From Carcharhinus longimanus (taxonomy: Eukaryota), in contig JASCQW010000130.1 of NCBI GenBank assembly GCA_030264375.1, positions 19,204,242 to 19,268,241 on the forward strand: a DNA stretch of 64,000 nucleotides, in the 5' to 3' direction. Within the stretch, counting starts at the first letter, position 1. Each line of letters begins with the position of its first letter. The notes under the pieces are model-generated. The model was not told the DNA's origin, did no database searches, and worked only from the letters and a program-made list of their open reading frames with translations. The position numbers were made by a program, and so were the translations under genes. Shown here piece by piece: positions 38,231 through 52,165 of this stretch.

Positions 38231-40044
38231 TGGTCATTGAGGTTGATGGTTTCGAGTTGTTCTCCTTTGTAGCCTTGACACCTCAGTACATCTGTAATGT
38301 CGCCGAGTTCAACAAATCCCCACTCTGCCATCAGAATTCTCTTTCCATGATCTTTGCTTCCCCATCGTTTGGCTCTGAACTCTGCAATTCCCTACTTCAC
38401 ATTTAAAATCTAACCGAGGAATTGTGTTTTTGATGACCCCCAGAATACCTTACTTGATTTGACAAAAATTTTACCCAGACATGACCTCCATGAAGTAAAT
38501 TAGGATGTTTTTTGACAGGAGAGATACATTATAAGTACAACAAGTTGCAAGTGCTGGAGGTAGATAGGCATTGCTATGCTCTTGTAGGTGCTTCCCTTTA
38601 CTCATCTGATTCATGGACATGGAATCAGTTTGCACATGTATTCTAATGACACCTAGCCCTCTCCTGCCCTACCACCTGTCTTTCTCCTGTAACTGTATTG
38701 TCAGACTGATTGTCTGACATTCAGTCTTGGCTGAGGCACAGTTCCCTCCAGCTAAATATTATTTGACTGAAACTATTAATTATTTTAGACAAAGATGAAC
38801 AGGGTAACATTTATTATTATTTCAGTTTCTATAATTATATTCACAGCGATATAATTCTGGAACACAGGAAACAATACAACACAATCCCTGGACTAAATAT
38901 TTTCTTCTGTCTCAAACTAGTTGGCACAGACTTAAATGATTGTTCAGGTGTAAGAAGAAATGCTCTGGTCTTGCTTTGAGGAAGAGCAAAGGGGCCCTTC
39001 CAGCTTGAGCCAATTTGTGTTTTTAAATCAAATACACCAGAACTGATGATTCGTCTCACTGCTGTTTTCTCAAACTTGTTTAAAAATTGCTTTCCATGTT
39101 TGCCAACATAACAAAACTTCTAAAATGAATTCATTTGCTGTGAGGCACTTTGGGACCTCCTTAAAAAGTGCCCTTGTTAAAGCAAGTGTTTTGACGGGAA
39201 CTGCCATATCAGCCTCCCAGACTTGGTTCCTTTATTTTTTTATTTGCGAGGCAAGATGCCAAAATTCGATTTCTGACTCTATCTTAGCTCTCATTGCTCA
39301 CTGATTGACCAGTAGGGTTATTGATTAAGCTGACTACTGCCTCACCCCTCATTACAGTCCAGTAGTTCCATCTCATGCGAACGTGCCAATGTTGCAGAGG
39401 AAACTTGTAAACATGACAAATTTTACTTTTTTCTTTCTTTTTTAAACCATTTCCCTGGTAAATTTATCTTACAAATTTATTTGAAATAGTTTTTATTGCC
39501 TTGGATCCATTTTACATGTAAAATTCTCGGCCAGCTGGAACCTATCTGATTGACTCCCATTGTAAAGTATGTTTATTGTTTGTGGTTTTACTGTTCATGA
39601 GCTTTCATGGGAATGTAACCCCTGTGAATGACAGGACTTTATGGTTTAACTAATGTATTATATAGCACCTTAAATGCTGATTAAACACAAGGTACCCACC
39701 ATATAGGTTGGATCAATCTTGACTGATTGAAGTGACAACTTTGGCTATCTTTGTGAAGATTAATATTCTAACAAATTGGTGAGCCAAAATAATTAAAATT
39801 TGCAAAATGTGACACATTATTATGCAGCAATGACATGACCTGTTCAAGGTTTGGGGTAGGGGGAGAGCTTGAAATTTTCCACCATGTATTTCTTGATGAG
39901 CTTGTCGAGTGAAATTTGGACATAAAATTTCCTTAAAGTGTCTTTGAAATTGGTTACCAACTTTTTTGGTCCAACTAATTAACCTCAATTAATATTTTAT
40001 GGATATAATATTCAAAACTTAATTTGTTTTATGTTCTTCCTCAA

Positions 40045-40420
40045 TAAAGCCTGCGCCGATCACGCTTACCTCTCGAGACCAACCACTTATATCCCTGTAT
40101 TCCCTGTCTGCTTATGTGTCTATCCAGATAAGTCTTAAATGGCGCTAACGTGTCTGCCTGAATCACCTCACTTGGCACTGCATTCCAGGCCCCCACCACC
40201 CTCTGTGTGGGGGAAAAAAAAACTTCACCCACACATCTCTACTGAACCTTTTCCTCTCTTATCTTGTACTTGAGCCCCCTTGTAATTGTTATTTCTGCCC
40301 TGGAAGCTTTCAACTGTCCACCCTATCCATACCCTTCATAATTTTATAGATGTCTATCAGGTCACCCCTCAGCCTCTGTCTTTCCAGGGGGAACAATCCC
40401 AGTTTATTCAATCTCTCTTC
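40045..40420 (-). mobile_element. CR1 LINE 3' end
   Basis: ORF 40041..40232 encodes TQRVVGAWNAVPSEVIQADTLAPFKTYLDRH, with [14 protein letters not shown] upstream. Confidence 0.88.
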
Positions 40421-41129
40421 TGTTCTGTATTTGGGACAAAAAGGTGTTCCTCATCTCCCAACCCTTGTCACTGTGAATGCAGCACTGAAGATTATCATTT
40501 TGCCTATCATACTTGTGCCAGCTCTTCAAAAGTGCTCTTTGTTAGTTCCACTCCTTTGCTCTTTCTCCATTGCACTACAAAGTTATTATTTCTGCTTCTA
40601 TTACCCTTTCTGGTAGTGCCATGTGCCCTCTTGAAGGACTTGATATTGTGTGGTGTTCAGAAAAGGCCATTATGCTGAGCCGTGTTAGTATATTTTCCTT
40701 GCTTACAAATTAAGGATCGGCGTGCCTTTTCAACATCCTCATCAATGTCCTGTGCTATCTCAAGGTCTGCACATTCCACACCAGTCTCTTTTCTTGCACC
40801 TCCTTTAAAATGTACCATTTTGTTCATATTGCCTTTCATCATTTTTCTTATCAAAATGGATTGCTGCGCATTCTTTGGATTTCAACAGTTGATGTGGCTT
40901 CCTGAAGTCTGTTATTATCCTCTTCACTGTTGGCAGCTTTGTCTTTTACTATTTCGTGCAAGCTCCCCCCATCTTTGAGGATAGGGATGTTCATGGAACT
41001 GCCTCTGTGTTAGTTTTTTTGTCCATAAATTGCAAAGAAATGTTAATGGACTGCTGAACTTTGATCTGATCTGTTGGCTGTGGGATCACTTAGCTGGTCC
41101 TATGATTTAGCTGCGTTGGCTTGACACCT

Positions 41130-41990
41130 CATTTATAGATGCACATGGTGCTGATCCTGGCATGTGCTTCTACATGAATTCAGCCTGGGTTTGTTCCCTG
41201 GCTTGATGCAAATGATGAAGGATACAATGGCTATGAGATTGTTGGAATGCAATTCTACTGCTGTTTGGCCACAGTACCTCGTGGGTGCTAAGTTTTGAGC
41301 TGCTAGATCTGCTATGAATCTGTCCATTTAGCTGGGAGTCGGGCCATTCAGCACTATAAATGTTGTCCTCAGCATACGCATCTGCACAAGAATTTTATAG
41401 TTGTCACTCCTAATGTTGTCATGGACAGATGCTCTGCAGCAGGTGAATTGGTGAGGATAAGGTCATGCAGATTTTTTTCCTTGTCAGTGATCTCACCACC
41501 TGCTGCAGGCCCAGTCTGGCTGATTTGGTCAGTTCAGTCAGAGTGTTGCTGATGAGCCAATCTTGGCAATGGACATTAACAGCATATTCTGTGCCCTTGC
41601 TACCCTCAGCATTTGTTCTAGGTCTTGTTCAGCATAGCGGAGCAATGATTCATTCGTTGAAGGTTGGTTGGCAGAGAAAATCAGCAGGATCTTTCTTCTC
41701 CCACGTTTGAATTGATACCTTGACTCGTTATGGGGTATGGAGTCAATGTTGTGCACGCCCAGAGCCAGTCTCTCCTGCCTGTATGCCACTATACAGCCAC
41801 ATCTAGTTGGTCTATCCTGCTGGTTGGACAGGACATCCGTAGTGATAGTGATGGAATAGTGTGAGACGTTGCCTATCGGTATGATTCTGAATCTGATCAA
41901 GCATTTCCTTGACCAGTCTGTGGACAAAGCTCCCAATTTTTGTGCAAGTTCCCACATGTTTGTTTGGAAGATTGTGCAAAGTTGTTAGAA
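41130..41990 (-). mobile_element. LINE endonuclease-region fragment
   Basis: ORF 41538..41957 encodes QQDRPTRCGCIVAYRQERLALGVHNIDS, an APE-domain RxDR..GGGV remnant. Confidence 0.7.
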
Positions 41991-42589
41991 GAGCCGAGAT
42001 CACTGGTGATTGATCCATCCATTTCATTTTTTTCAGTGGTAATTGAATCAGAAGTCGTCAAATCTTGTACCCGCCAAGAGAAGCAGTTCAAGTCACACTT
42101 GAACTACACTCTGGAAGGTGAAATGCCAAATTCAAATGCACACCATGAATGGTTAATTTTAACTCTGCAATGTGTAAATGCTGTTCTTGGCTTATCATTG
42201 TGGGGCCAGGGTAACACTGCCATTTTTTTAATACTGTCAAAATTCCAAATCCTTGGTATGGAAAGAGTTAAGTGGTTTGTAAATTTTCCGATTGAACCTT
42301 AAACATCTGCGTTCTGAGTTTCCCAGGTGGCGCAAGATAAATAACTAATGTTTGAAACAATAAATCTGTGTGAGTGAAATAATGAGATTAATACGAAACG
42401 TTTCTGGTTGGACCATAATTTATCTTCTTAATTTATTCATGAGAATATAAATCTGCAGTAGCAATTTGTTCACTGTGTGAGCTCTGCGTTTGTTTAAGAA
42501 TGACAGGAACCCAACTAAAATCTTAAATTAAAACAGCAAATGATAGAAATACACAACAGCTCCATCAGAACGTGAAAAGTCGGGAGGTC

Positions 42590-42860
42590 AGCACTATTAA
42601 CCACCTGGAAGGATAAGGCAGCAATTGCAGGGGAATGCCGCCTCCTGCAAGTTTCTCTCAAACTCGCACACCATCCTGACTTGGAAATATATTGTCATTC
42701 TCTCATTGTCACTGGGTCAGAATCCTGGAGCTCCCTTGTGAGCAATACTGTGGATGGATCTGCACGCCACACTGCAGTTCAAGGAGGTGCTTCATGGCTT
42801 GGGATGGGAATAAGTGCTGCACTTGGTGGTGATGCCCACGTTCTATGAACAAATAAAATA
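42590..42860 (+). mobile_element. LINE 3' end
   Basis: TILTWKYIVILSLSLGQNPG-type remnant and the tail gggatgggaataagtgctg...tgaacaaataaaa. Confidence 0.72.
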
Positions 42861-43324
42861 TTTCCACTGCTTAAACAGGTCATGTTTCAATTGGGCAATC
42901 ATTTAAATTAAGCAAAGAGCACAAATAATTTTCTGCTGCCAAGATTGCCAATTACAAAGTTGCCGTTCATGTGTTTTTGAGCGTTAGCACTTTTTTTGGC
43001 AAATAAGGTTTCTTGTTAAGATGCGATTATCTTATCTACCTTAATTACCTAGAACTGGTGGTGGGTTACAGCCGCAGGACTCAGCACTGAGTAATAAAGT
43101 TGTTCAGGGAATGGTTTGCATCTTCATGTTGTAATGAATTTGCCCACAATCCCCTCCAAGTGAAAAGTGATTTATTGATGATCCAAGCTCGCCTTGAAAG
43201 AGCAATTTGCATTTTCAGGTATCGTGGAATCTTGTAAAGCTTAATGGTTTGTACAGACAAAAATTTTGAATGTGACTAGAGCTGACCAGTCTGACTAAAA
43301 TCATCCAGTGCATATAGCAGGAAA

Positions 43325-44240
43325 GCCACAGATCACAATCAGTAAGGTTAGGCAACAGCTCCTCCATGATCATTCTCAACATTGGTGCACCACATGGTTG
43401 TGTCCTCAGCCCCCAATGACTGTGTGGCCAAATTCCCCTCCGACTCTTTGAAGTTTGCTGATAACACCATCGTAGTGCGCCGGATTTCAAAAAATGACGA
43501 GACGGAGTACAGGAATGACGTTGAGAATTTGGTGAACACGTGCAATGACAATCTCTCCCTCGATGTGAACAAAACGGAGAAGATAATCATCGANNNNNNN
43601 NNNNNNNNNNNNNNNNNNNNNNNNNNNNNNNNNNNNNNNNNNNNNNNNNNNNNNNNNNNNNNNNNNNNNNNNNNNNNNNNNNNNNNNNNNNNNNNNNNNN
43701 NNNNNNNNNNNNNNNNNCTACAACTTTCTCCAACTTTGACTGATGTACCATAGAAAGCATTCTTTCTGGCTGTATCACAGCTTGGTATGGCTCCTGCTCT
43801 GTCCAAGTCCACAAGGAACTACAAAAGGTCTTGAATGTAGCCCAATCCATCACACAAACCAGCTTCCCATCCACTGACTCACTGACTCTGTCTGCACTTC
43901 CCGCTGCCTCAGCAAAGCAGCCGACATAATTAAGGACCCCATGCACCCTGGACATTCACTCTTCCACTTTCTTCCTTTGGGACAAAGATACAAAAGTCTG
44001 AAGTCACATACCAACGGACTCAAGAACAGCTTCTTTCCTGCTGCTGTCAGACTTTTGAATGGACTTACCTTGTGTTAAGTTGATCTTTCTCTACACTCTC
44101 TAGCTATGACAAACGCTACATTCTGCACTCCCTTGTTTCCTTCTCTAAGAATGGTATGATTTGTCTACATAGCATGCAAGAAACAATAGCTTCCATTGTA
44201 TCCTAATTCATGTGGCAGTAATAAATCAAATCAAAATCAA
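43325..44240 (+). mobile_element. Rex1/Babar LINE (RT to 3' UTR), interrupted by a gap
   Basis: GAPHGCVLSP, KFADNT, NLSLDVNKTEKII, ESILSGCITAWYG and NSFFPAAVRLLN motifs. Tail aataaatcaaatcaaaatc. Confidence 0.9.
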
Positions 44241-45452
44241 ATTGGTATGAACATACCTGCTATGAGTGGATGTTGTACTTGTGTGCACATATATCTGTAT
44301 AAGTCAATGCATCTGTCTGCCTATATGTACATTGTTTGTTAGCATCTTTTCCACCAACATGTCTCCTTTCATTCCTCCACACAATCCTTTGTCAAACTCC
44401 CTTTACCATCCAGCACCCTGCTTTAGTTTAAGATGCTTAACTGAATGAATCTTCCAATTGAAAGAAAAAGTGATAGCCACCACAGAATTTTGCTGGAGAG
44501 GAGGATCTAATGTAACAAAAAAAAACCTGTTAAATTAGTCTCAATCAGTCAAAGTTGCTGTTGTGGCTACAGGGTATGTTTGGGAAATGGGGACCTGTGA
44601 ATTAGGTCATGTAGCAGGCAATTACCGGTTTAAAAAATATGCAATTGGGAGCAGAGTTAGAGTTGGATAACAGGAGAAGAAAAAAAACCTAAGCCCTGAA
44701 TTTGTGGGAGTTTGCAATCTAATAGTGGACCCCATTAGACCTTTTGTTTCACCCTTGAGCACAAAAGTGATGTTTTTGCCGACCTATCGGGGCAGCGTAA
44801 ATTGGCCGGCAAATTGTGATGATGTGCTATTTGTGAGATAACTCTTATCTCTTATCGTAGGTTGCTGGCCTGTTTGCATTCCATCATTTTTTTCAAATTC
44901 TGGGCCATATTTGTGGGCAAATTGTGCACATTTTTAAAAACATACTGTTCAGCAGTGAGGGAACAGCACTTGTTTCTCATCACTGAGAGCTACCCACAGA
45001 CCTTTTGTAGGACTTTGAGCAGCAACATGGAACTGTCAGGCATCTGGATCAGCCTGTGCCTTAAAGAGGAGACCTGGTGTGCTTGTGAACAGGGTAGGCA
45101 TTCTCACAAAGAGAACCAGATTCTAAACCAGGATATATAAACCAGATTTAATTCATTGTAAAACAGAAAACAAAATACAGAGGGAAAGGAAGATGATAAT
45201 GCGAGAGAAATGAAAATCCAAGAATAAATAAAAGCAATTTTTTTTTGTACATATCCAACATTTCCAGTTCTGAAGACATGTTCCTTTGAACTGAAAAAAG
45301 ATGTCCAGTGTGAGAAGTATTTGTTTGTCAGTAATATGACTTACAAATTGCAAATTTACTTGTGCGTGAATGTGTCAGTCCTTACTGTTCTGCCTTGTTT
45401 TGTGTGTCGGTGATGGGTAAGTGCAACAATTTCATCCCCTTACATTGATTTC

Positions 45453-45522
45453 ATAAGAACATAAGAAATAGGAGCAGGAGTAGGCCATCTGGCCCTTCGA
45501 GCCTGCCCCGCCATTCAATAAG
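45453..45522 (-). mobile_element. CR1 LINE 3' tail next to a gap
   Basis: cataagaacataagaaataggagcaggagtaggccatctggccc. Confidence 0.8.
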
Positions 45523-46058
45523 NNNNNNNNNNNNNNNNNNNNNNNNNNNNNNNNNNNNNNNNNNNNNNNNNNNNNNNNNNNNNNNNNNNNNNNNNNNNNN
45601 NNNNNNNNNNNNNNNNNNNNNNAAGGACAGTGTCAATACCCTTCACCCCACTATCCCCAATCACTACTACGTTCCTTTTCTCACCAACCTCACCTGCCTT
45701 GTCCTCTTCCTGAATCCATCAAACAGTATTAAAGCAAAGACTTTGGGGGAGCAATTTGCTGATCTTGGTCAGTTGTAGACTCCAAAGGTTCATGTCCAAT
45801 TTAGTCCGTAATAACGGTGAGCCTGGGCGATCTCACCAATATTGCCAGTGCAAATGCAGGCCCAAAGATTGAGGATAAAATAAATATACAATACTAAGTG
45901 TAACAGGTTAAATCAAATTAATTTGCCCACATAACTATATTCATAAGAATTGGATGTAAAGTGCTTTGGAATATCCAGGGATCATGAAATGAGGCATGTA
46001 AATGCAAATTCTTTCAATTGCACCAGAACCCCACCTAGTGGTCAGAGAATTGCAAATA

Positions 46059-46200
46059 CAGGCAGTCCTCAACTTTATGCCGTTTGAGTTGCGACGAGCT
46101 CGCACTGAATGACATTTATAAACTGGCATCTTGTTTAGCTTTATAATGCTGGTTTTGACTTTACGACGTCATGCCAGCAAACACGTTCAAACGTTCATAC
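46059..46200. mobile_element. Tigger/pogo-type DNA transposon end
   Basis: TA|caggcagtcctcaacttta, a Tigger-like TIR after a TA target, followed by internal gactttacgac sub-repeats. Confidence 0.6.
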
Positions 46201-47364
46201 GTGCACTTCTGTGTTCTGTGCTGCCCATCGTTTTTAAAATATATATTTGGTTGTTGATACTGGATGAGCCCAGGGAAGTGGAGAGACCTTCCCCTCAATA
46301 TCTGGCCCCCAAAATCCTTCAGCCCGACGGAACTGGAGGCCAAAAACCATTTTCTGAAAAATGATTTTGGCGTATCACACCTGAACGGTTCACTGCGTGG
46401 AGCCAGGCTCTGCCAATGGTGAACAGCCCCAAAAGCAAATCGCCTTTTAGCAGAGGTCTGAGTGCATTGGGAGGAATGTCTCAAACCTGCAGGATATGAG
46501 ATCACCTTTTGCCAATGAAAAAGTGGTCTCGTTCCGCTGACAGTTTTCTCAATGATTACAATCCTGCCTGTGTTCTGACACCTTTTGCCTGAGAACCACG
46601 TTTCTGATTCATGTTGTGCTCATCACATGGCCCCTGACACCCTTCATTGGAGAATAAGATAAACAAGACCCTTATTATCTGATTAATAATCTCCAAAACA
46701 GACTAAAACATTAACCAAAATCTCAAATGTAAATTCGTGAAATCAAGTCAGAAAGGGGAAATCGTTAACAAGCAAATCGGGTGTGGGCCTTGGTTCATGA
46801 ACCAATTCCCCAATTATAACATTGTTCCTTTGGAAAATTGATTCTCACCTGAGACATATCGACTTGAGACACGGTTTCCAGAAACCAATTGCATCTTAGG
46901 TCCAAGAACTGCCTGCATGAAACTGGCTGGATTTTGCTGCACAAATAATGCTGTGGCTAACAATACTCATTATGAATTCTGTGGAATCAAACAGCAACTT
47001 CTGTCCATTTGCAATTGAAACACATTGAATGCAGAAAGTTCCTCCATTAACTTCCCATAAAGCACATCTCACTGTCTGATGCACCATTCAAATACACTGA
47101 ATGAGGTGAGATTGCTGCATTTAATCCATAACTACCAATTAANNNNNNNNNNNNNNNNTAGAACTTGTCCATTATAGTGTAAGTATTGTTTTAATGGCAA
47201 ATTCAGATTAATTACTGCTAAGTAACACTGACACTGAACATTTGCAAGTGTGAAGTCACATTTCTTTCAATTTTGATTCTTGTTAATTTTAAAAATGCAT
47301 TTTTTCTAGTTCTCTGATCTCTCTTTCAACCCCATGTTTCTTTCTTTCATTTTCACTGTCTGAT

Positions 47365-48290
47365 TTCACAGAATCACAGATTTGTTACAGTTCAGAAGGA
47401 TTTGCACTGGCTCTCCTAATGACTAATTTACCTCGAGATTTCCTCTCGCAGCCTCTTTCGCGTTATCCTGCAAATTCTTCCTTTTCAGATAACAACCTAA
47501 CTCCCTTTCGAAAATCTCAATTTAATCTGCCTCCACCATACTCTCCAACAGTGCATTCGAGATGCCAATCAACTGTTAGAATGATGGAATTCAGAACTTC
47601 TCCAGTGCAGAAGGAAGCCATTTGGCTCATCAAACCTGCACGGCAACAATCCCACCCTATCCTGCAGCCTGATGTTTACCCTGTTAATCTCACTGACACT
47701 AAGGGGCAATTTAGCATAGCCAATCCACCTAATCCACACACCTTTGGAGTGTGGAGGAAGCTGGGGGACTCAGAGAAAACATGTGCAACATGGGGAGAAC
47801 ATGCAAACTCCATGCAGTCACCTAACGCTAGAAAAGAACCTGGATCCCTGATGCTGAGAGGCAGCAGTGCTAACCACTGTGCCACTGTGTCAGCCCTCTT
47901 CTTGGGTGAAAAAAGTTTTTCCCTCCTATCAATTTAGCTTATTTTGCCATTACTTTAAATCTGTGCCCTCTCGTGTTTGTGGGAACAGTTTTTCCATACT
48001 TGCTCTGTCCTGACACTCGTGAATTTGAAGACCTGTTTCAAATCTCCCCTCATTTTTTTTCTTCAAGCAAAACAGTCCTAACTTCTCTATTCTGTTTTCC
48101 TAATCTGAAATTCCTAACCCCTGGAGCCATTCTCATGATTCTTTTCTGCACTCTGTCCAATGCCTTCATTTCGTTCCAAAGCACTGTGCCCACAACTAGA
48201 CACACTACTGCTGCTGAGGCCAAGCTTATACAGGCCTTAGACAAGTTTAACGTAACCTCCTTGCTCTTGTACTCTATGCCCCTATTAATT
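47365..48290 (-). mobile_element. CR1 LINE 3' region with a nested HE1-type SINE (about 47575-47890)
   Basis: cacagaatcacag tail; ORF 48050..48244 encodes MKALDRVQKRIMRMAPG. The SINE head at 47850-47890 splits the LINE. Confidence 0.85.
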
Positions 48291-48985
48291 TAGTTTCTGT
48301 AGAAGATGCTGCACTTTCTGGATGTCTGTCTGCCTGGCAGGAGTTTGCATTTTAAAGCCCCTAGAGTGCTGTGGATAAGAGCAAGAGTAATGAATAGCTG
48401 GCATCACTGATTCAGTGCTCAGCGCAGCGTTCTTTGTTAGCCAACTTTTTAATTTTGGAACAGTGATTATAAATGCATATGTTTCCATGTTGTGTTTGCA
48501 AAGATCATGATAACAGGAACTAAGTTTTGGCAATGGGAAATGTGTGCCATTTGCATGATTTTTAGTATTTAGATATTTTACTTTGTTCTGTATCAGCAGT
48601 GTTGCTTTTACAGTATTGGACAGGCAAGTTAAATCATAAGACATCTGATAGTTTTGATCACAAAAATGAAAATATATCTCTTTAAAAGGCTAGTTATAAT
48701 GTATCCTTGAAGTAGCAAGCAACTCGAAGCACAGAATCAAATCCAACACTGATTTAGTTTTGCCCTGATTTATTAATGCAAGCTGATGAACTTCCCCATA
48801 GGCCAGTGCTTTTGAGGTGACAAAGAAATGGGATTGGCTTTGAAATTGTTATTGTTCAGGTACAGTGATATGTGCACATTGCCCTTGAGACACAATTTGT
48901 GTTGCCATTCATTTTCAAAAATTGAATATATCTGCTACACCTGAACGAATTTCCTTCATTGTAGTTTCTTAAAATTATTTTCCAG

Positions 48986-49100
48986 ATCTTTGAACGCATT
49001 CTTTTCATTTGGGCGATAAGGCACCCAGCCAGTGGATATGTTCAAGGGATAAATGACCTTGTTACGCCTTTCTTTGTAGTCTTCGTTTTTGAATACATTG
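48986..49100 (+). CDS. TBC1D22A: TBC1D22A internal exon, 115 nt, phase 0 to 1: IFERILFIWAIRHPASGYVQGINDLVTPFFVVFVFEYI (glutamine finger YxQ)
   Basis: Acceptor ttattttccag| and donor |gtaagt. Contains the GYVQG TBC motif and is in frame with either arginine-finger exon. Confidence 0.96.
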
Positions 49101-50774
49101 GTAAGTCACAAGAACAGATTATGCCATCTTATTTCTATTTTTAAAGGTCTTCAGTTGTTAGTCATGCAGCAGNNNNNNNNNNTCTGATCTTTTGAGTTTG
49201 TTAGGCAAAAAATCCTTTGTCCCTAATGTCATAAGCTCATCATTATGTACTTAAATAAAGTAGCCTTATTTATTTGCATACTGTGAAAGCATCTTTTCAA
49301 GTATTTTGAAGCGTAGATTAAAATTGGGGTGTTGCGTATAAGCCCAATTTCTTTTAAAGCTCCCTCTGCCGCTGCCGCCTTCATCATTTTGCGTTATTAG
49401 AGTTAACAGAAAAGGACGAGGTGCCCTTGGGTACCTGGAAAGAGGATTTCTCATTTACTGATTTATAGGATGCTTCTTCTCCCTTGTTTCCTTTCATTTC
49501 TGACATCGTGGGAGACCTTAAATTGCTTTGCAACTAATGATGGCTTCTGGCTAATCATCTATTCAGTGGGGAAGGGCCTGACTCTGGAGGACCTCTACAT
49601 TTCTCACTCCAACTTTCATTTATGTGTGAAAATGTTCCTAATGAGTCTGCATTAATTGATTCTATCAAATCGTATTGTACTTGTTGAAATGTAATTAAAA
49701 ATGTCAGACCACTTAAATTTCATGTAAAATAGGTTTTTAAAATGGGAATGTAAAGGGTGTTTCTATCTAAAGTTGAAGAAAGTGATACTTACCAGTTCTT
49801 AGTATTAAGTCATGCCTGTATTATTTTGAGATTTCCCTTAGTAAAACTGATTTTAACTTAAATGGTTCAGTACTTTCCATGGTACATCAGGCAGTTCCTC
49901 AGCCCTTGCACATTCTAGTCCGTTCAGCTTAAAGCCTAAAGTACAAACGGTTTATAGCACGGAACAAGACCAATCAGATCAAAGTGATTTTTTTAATCTA
50001 TGGAAGGGCTTCAAACTAATTTTTAATTGGGTTGCTGAAGTTGCATTGATAAATTTTTGCACGTGCCGTTGAATACAATAATACGTAAAAGTGGAGTTTG
50101 TTGAACTTGTGTTGGTTTACTGTTGAGAATAAAGTGAACTTAAAAATGAAGTGTAGTATTTAGCCAAGTAATTAAGTGACAGACTATTTGAGTGTAAATT
50201 CCACATTGGCTGGGCTGCACCAACCTTGCATTGAATAACCCCTTTCTGTCACTAGTTTGAAAGATGTATTCATTGCCATTCTCAGTTTGCATGCGATTAT
50301 AGCTATTTTAAACTGAAAGCACAGTATTTCTGCATGGAATAGAAATATATAGGATCAGCAGGAACTGTTATCTCCTTTTTTTTAAAGTTTTTAAGATTTC
50401 AAGTTCAAAGAAAATGTATTGGTGGCACTCAGTTATTCAGTACAATGCCTCCCATTAGCAGAGGTGTGCTTACACTGTTATCCTACCAGCTTGTAGCTTT
50501 GGTGAGCAGGCAAACGATAAATATGCGCATAATCATCCAACACACAAAAAAAAGGCATGGCGTTTTCACAAGGATTTCCATTAGCTATTCAAGTTTTTGA
50601 TGATGGAAATGAACTGGGCGGTTCCTCCTTTGATCTTCCGAAATGGGAATGAAATAATAGTGAGGAAGATGAAGCAGAAATGTCAAAATCTGATTTTTAA
50701 AATATCTGGACGCCTCTGCAGGCTACACTTAAGTTCAGTGGAATCAGGATATTTTTATCCCCCAAGAGGTTTTT

Positions 50775-52165
50775 GATTTAATTTGATTATTATTGTCATA
50801 TGTATTAACATAGACTGAAAAGTGTTGTTTCTTGCGCGCTATGCAGACAAGACATACTGTTCATTGAGAAGGAAACGCAAGAGTGCAGAATGTAGTCTTA
50901 GAGTCATAGCTAGGGTGTAGAGAAAGATCAACTTAATGCAAGGTAGGTCCAATCAAAAGTCTGACAGCAGCAGGAAAGAAGCGGTTCTTGAGAGGGTTGG
51001 TATGTAACCTCAGACTTTTGTATCTTTTTCCCGATGGATATTGAGGGTGCGTGGGGTCCTTAATTATGCTGGATGCTTTGCTGAGGCAGTGGTAAGTGTA
51101 GACAGAGTCAATGGATGGGAGACTGGTTTGCGTGATGGATTTGGTTACAAAGAACAAAGAACAAAATCAGCCTGGGAAACAGGCCCTTCGGCCCAACGAG
51201 CCCACGCTGCCATCCCAACACCACCTCTCCACCCATGACCCCTATCTAATGTTTTATGGCCATCCAGATTGAGGGAAAACTGATTTAGGGACAATTTATT
51301 CCTGCCANNNNNNNNNNNNNNNNNNNNNNNNNNNNNNNNNNNNNNNNNNNNNNNNNNNNNNNNNNNNNNNNNNNNNNNNNNNNNNNNNNNNNNNNNNNNN
51401 NNNNNNNACTACCCTCTGTGTGAAAAACCTCCCTCTAATATCTGTGTTGTACCTCTCCCCCCTCACCTTAAGCCCATGGCCCCTCGTACTGTGTGTCTCT
51501 AACATAGGAAATAGTTTACCTCTGTTTACTCTATCTATACCCTTCATAATCTTATATACCTCTATTAGATCCCCCCTCAGTTACATTCACGACTTTTTGC
51601 AGTTCCTTGCAGTCTTGGGCAGAGCAGGAGGCATATGAAGCTATGATACAACCAGAAAGAATGCTTTGTGTGGTGCATCTGTAAAAGTTGGTGAGAGTCG
51701 TAGCTGATATGCCAAATTTCCTTAGTCTTCTGAGAAGGTAAAGGCGTTGGTGGGTGATAATGTGGACATCTAAAAACATGAAGCTCTCGATCATTTCCAC
51801 TTCGTTTCTGTTAATGTAGACAGGAGTATATTCTTCTTTATGCTTCCTGAAGTTGGTGACAATCTCCTTTATTTTGTTGACATTTGAGGGAGAGATTATT
51901 GTTGCCGCACTAGTTCACCAGATCCTCTATCTCTTGCCTGTACCCTGTCTTGTCATTGTTTGAGATCCAGCCCACTACGGTTGTGTCATCAGCAAACTTG
52001 AAAATTGAATTGGAGAGGAATTTGGCTACGCAGTTATAGGTGTATAAGGAGTTTAGTAGGGGGCTGAGAACACAGCCTTGTGGGACACTAGTGTTGAGGT
52101 TGATCGTGGAGGAGGCGTTGTTCCCAATCCTTACTGATTGTGATCTGTGAGTTAGGAAGTTCAGG
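50775..52165 (-). mobile_element. Rex1/Babar LINE interrupted by a CR1 3' fragment (51150-51579)
   Basis: ORFs 50933..51157 and 51552..51800 (QRLYLLRRLRKFG...FYRCTTQSILSG), with KFADDT near 52000. The CR1 insert is flanked by gttaca direct repeats. Confidence 0.9.
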
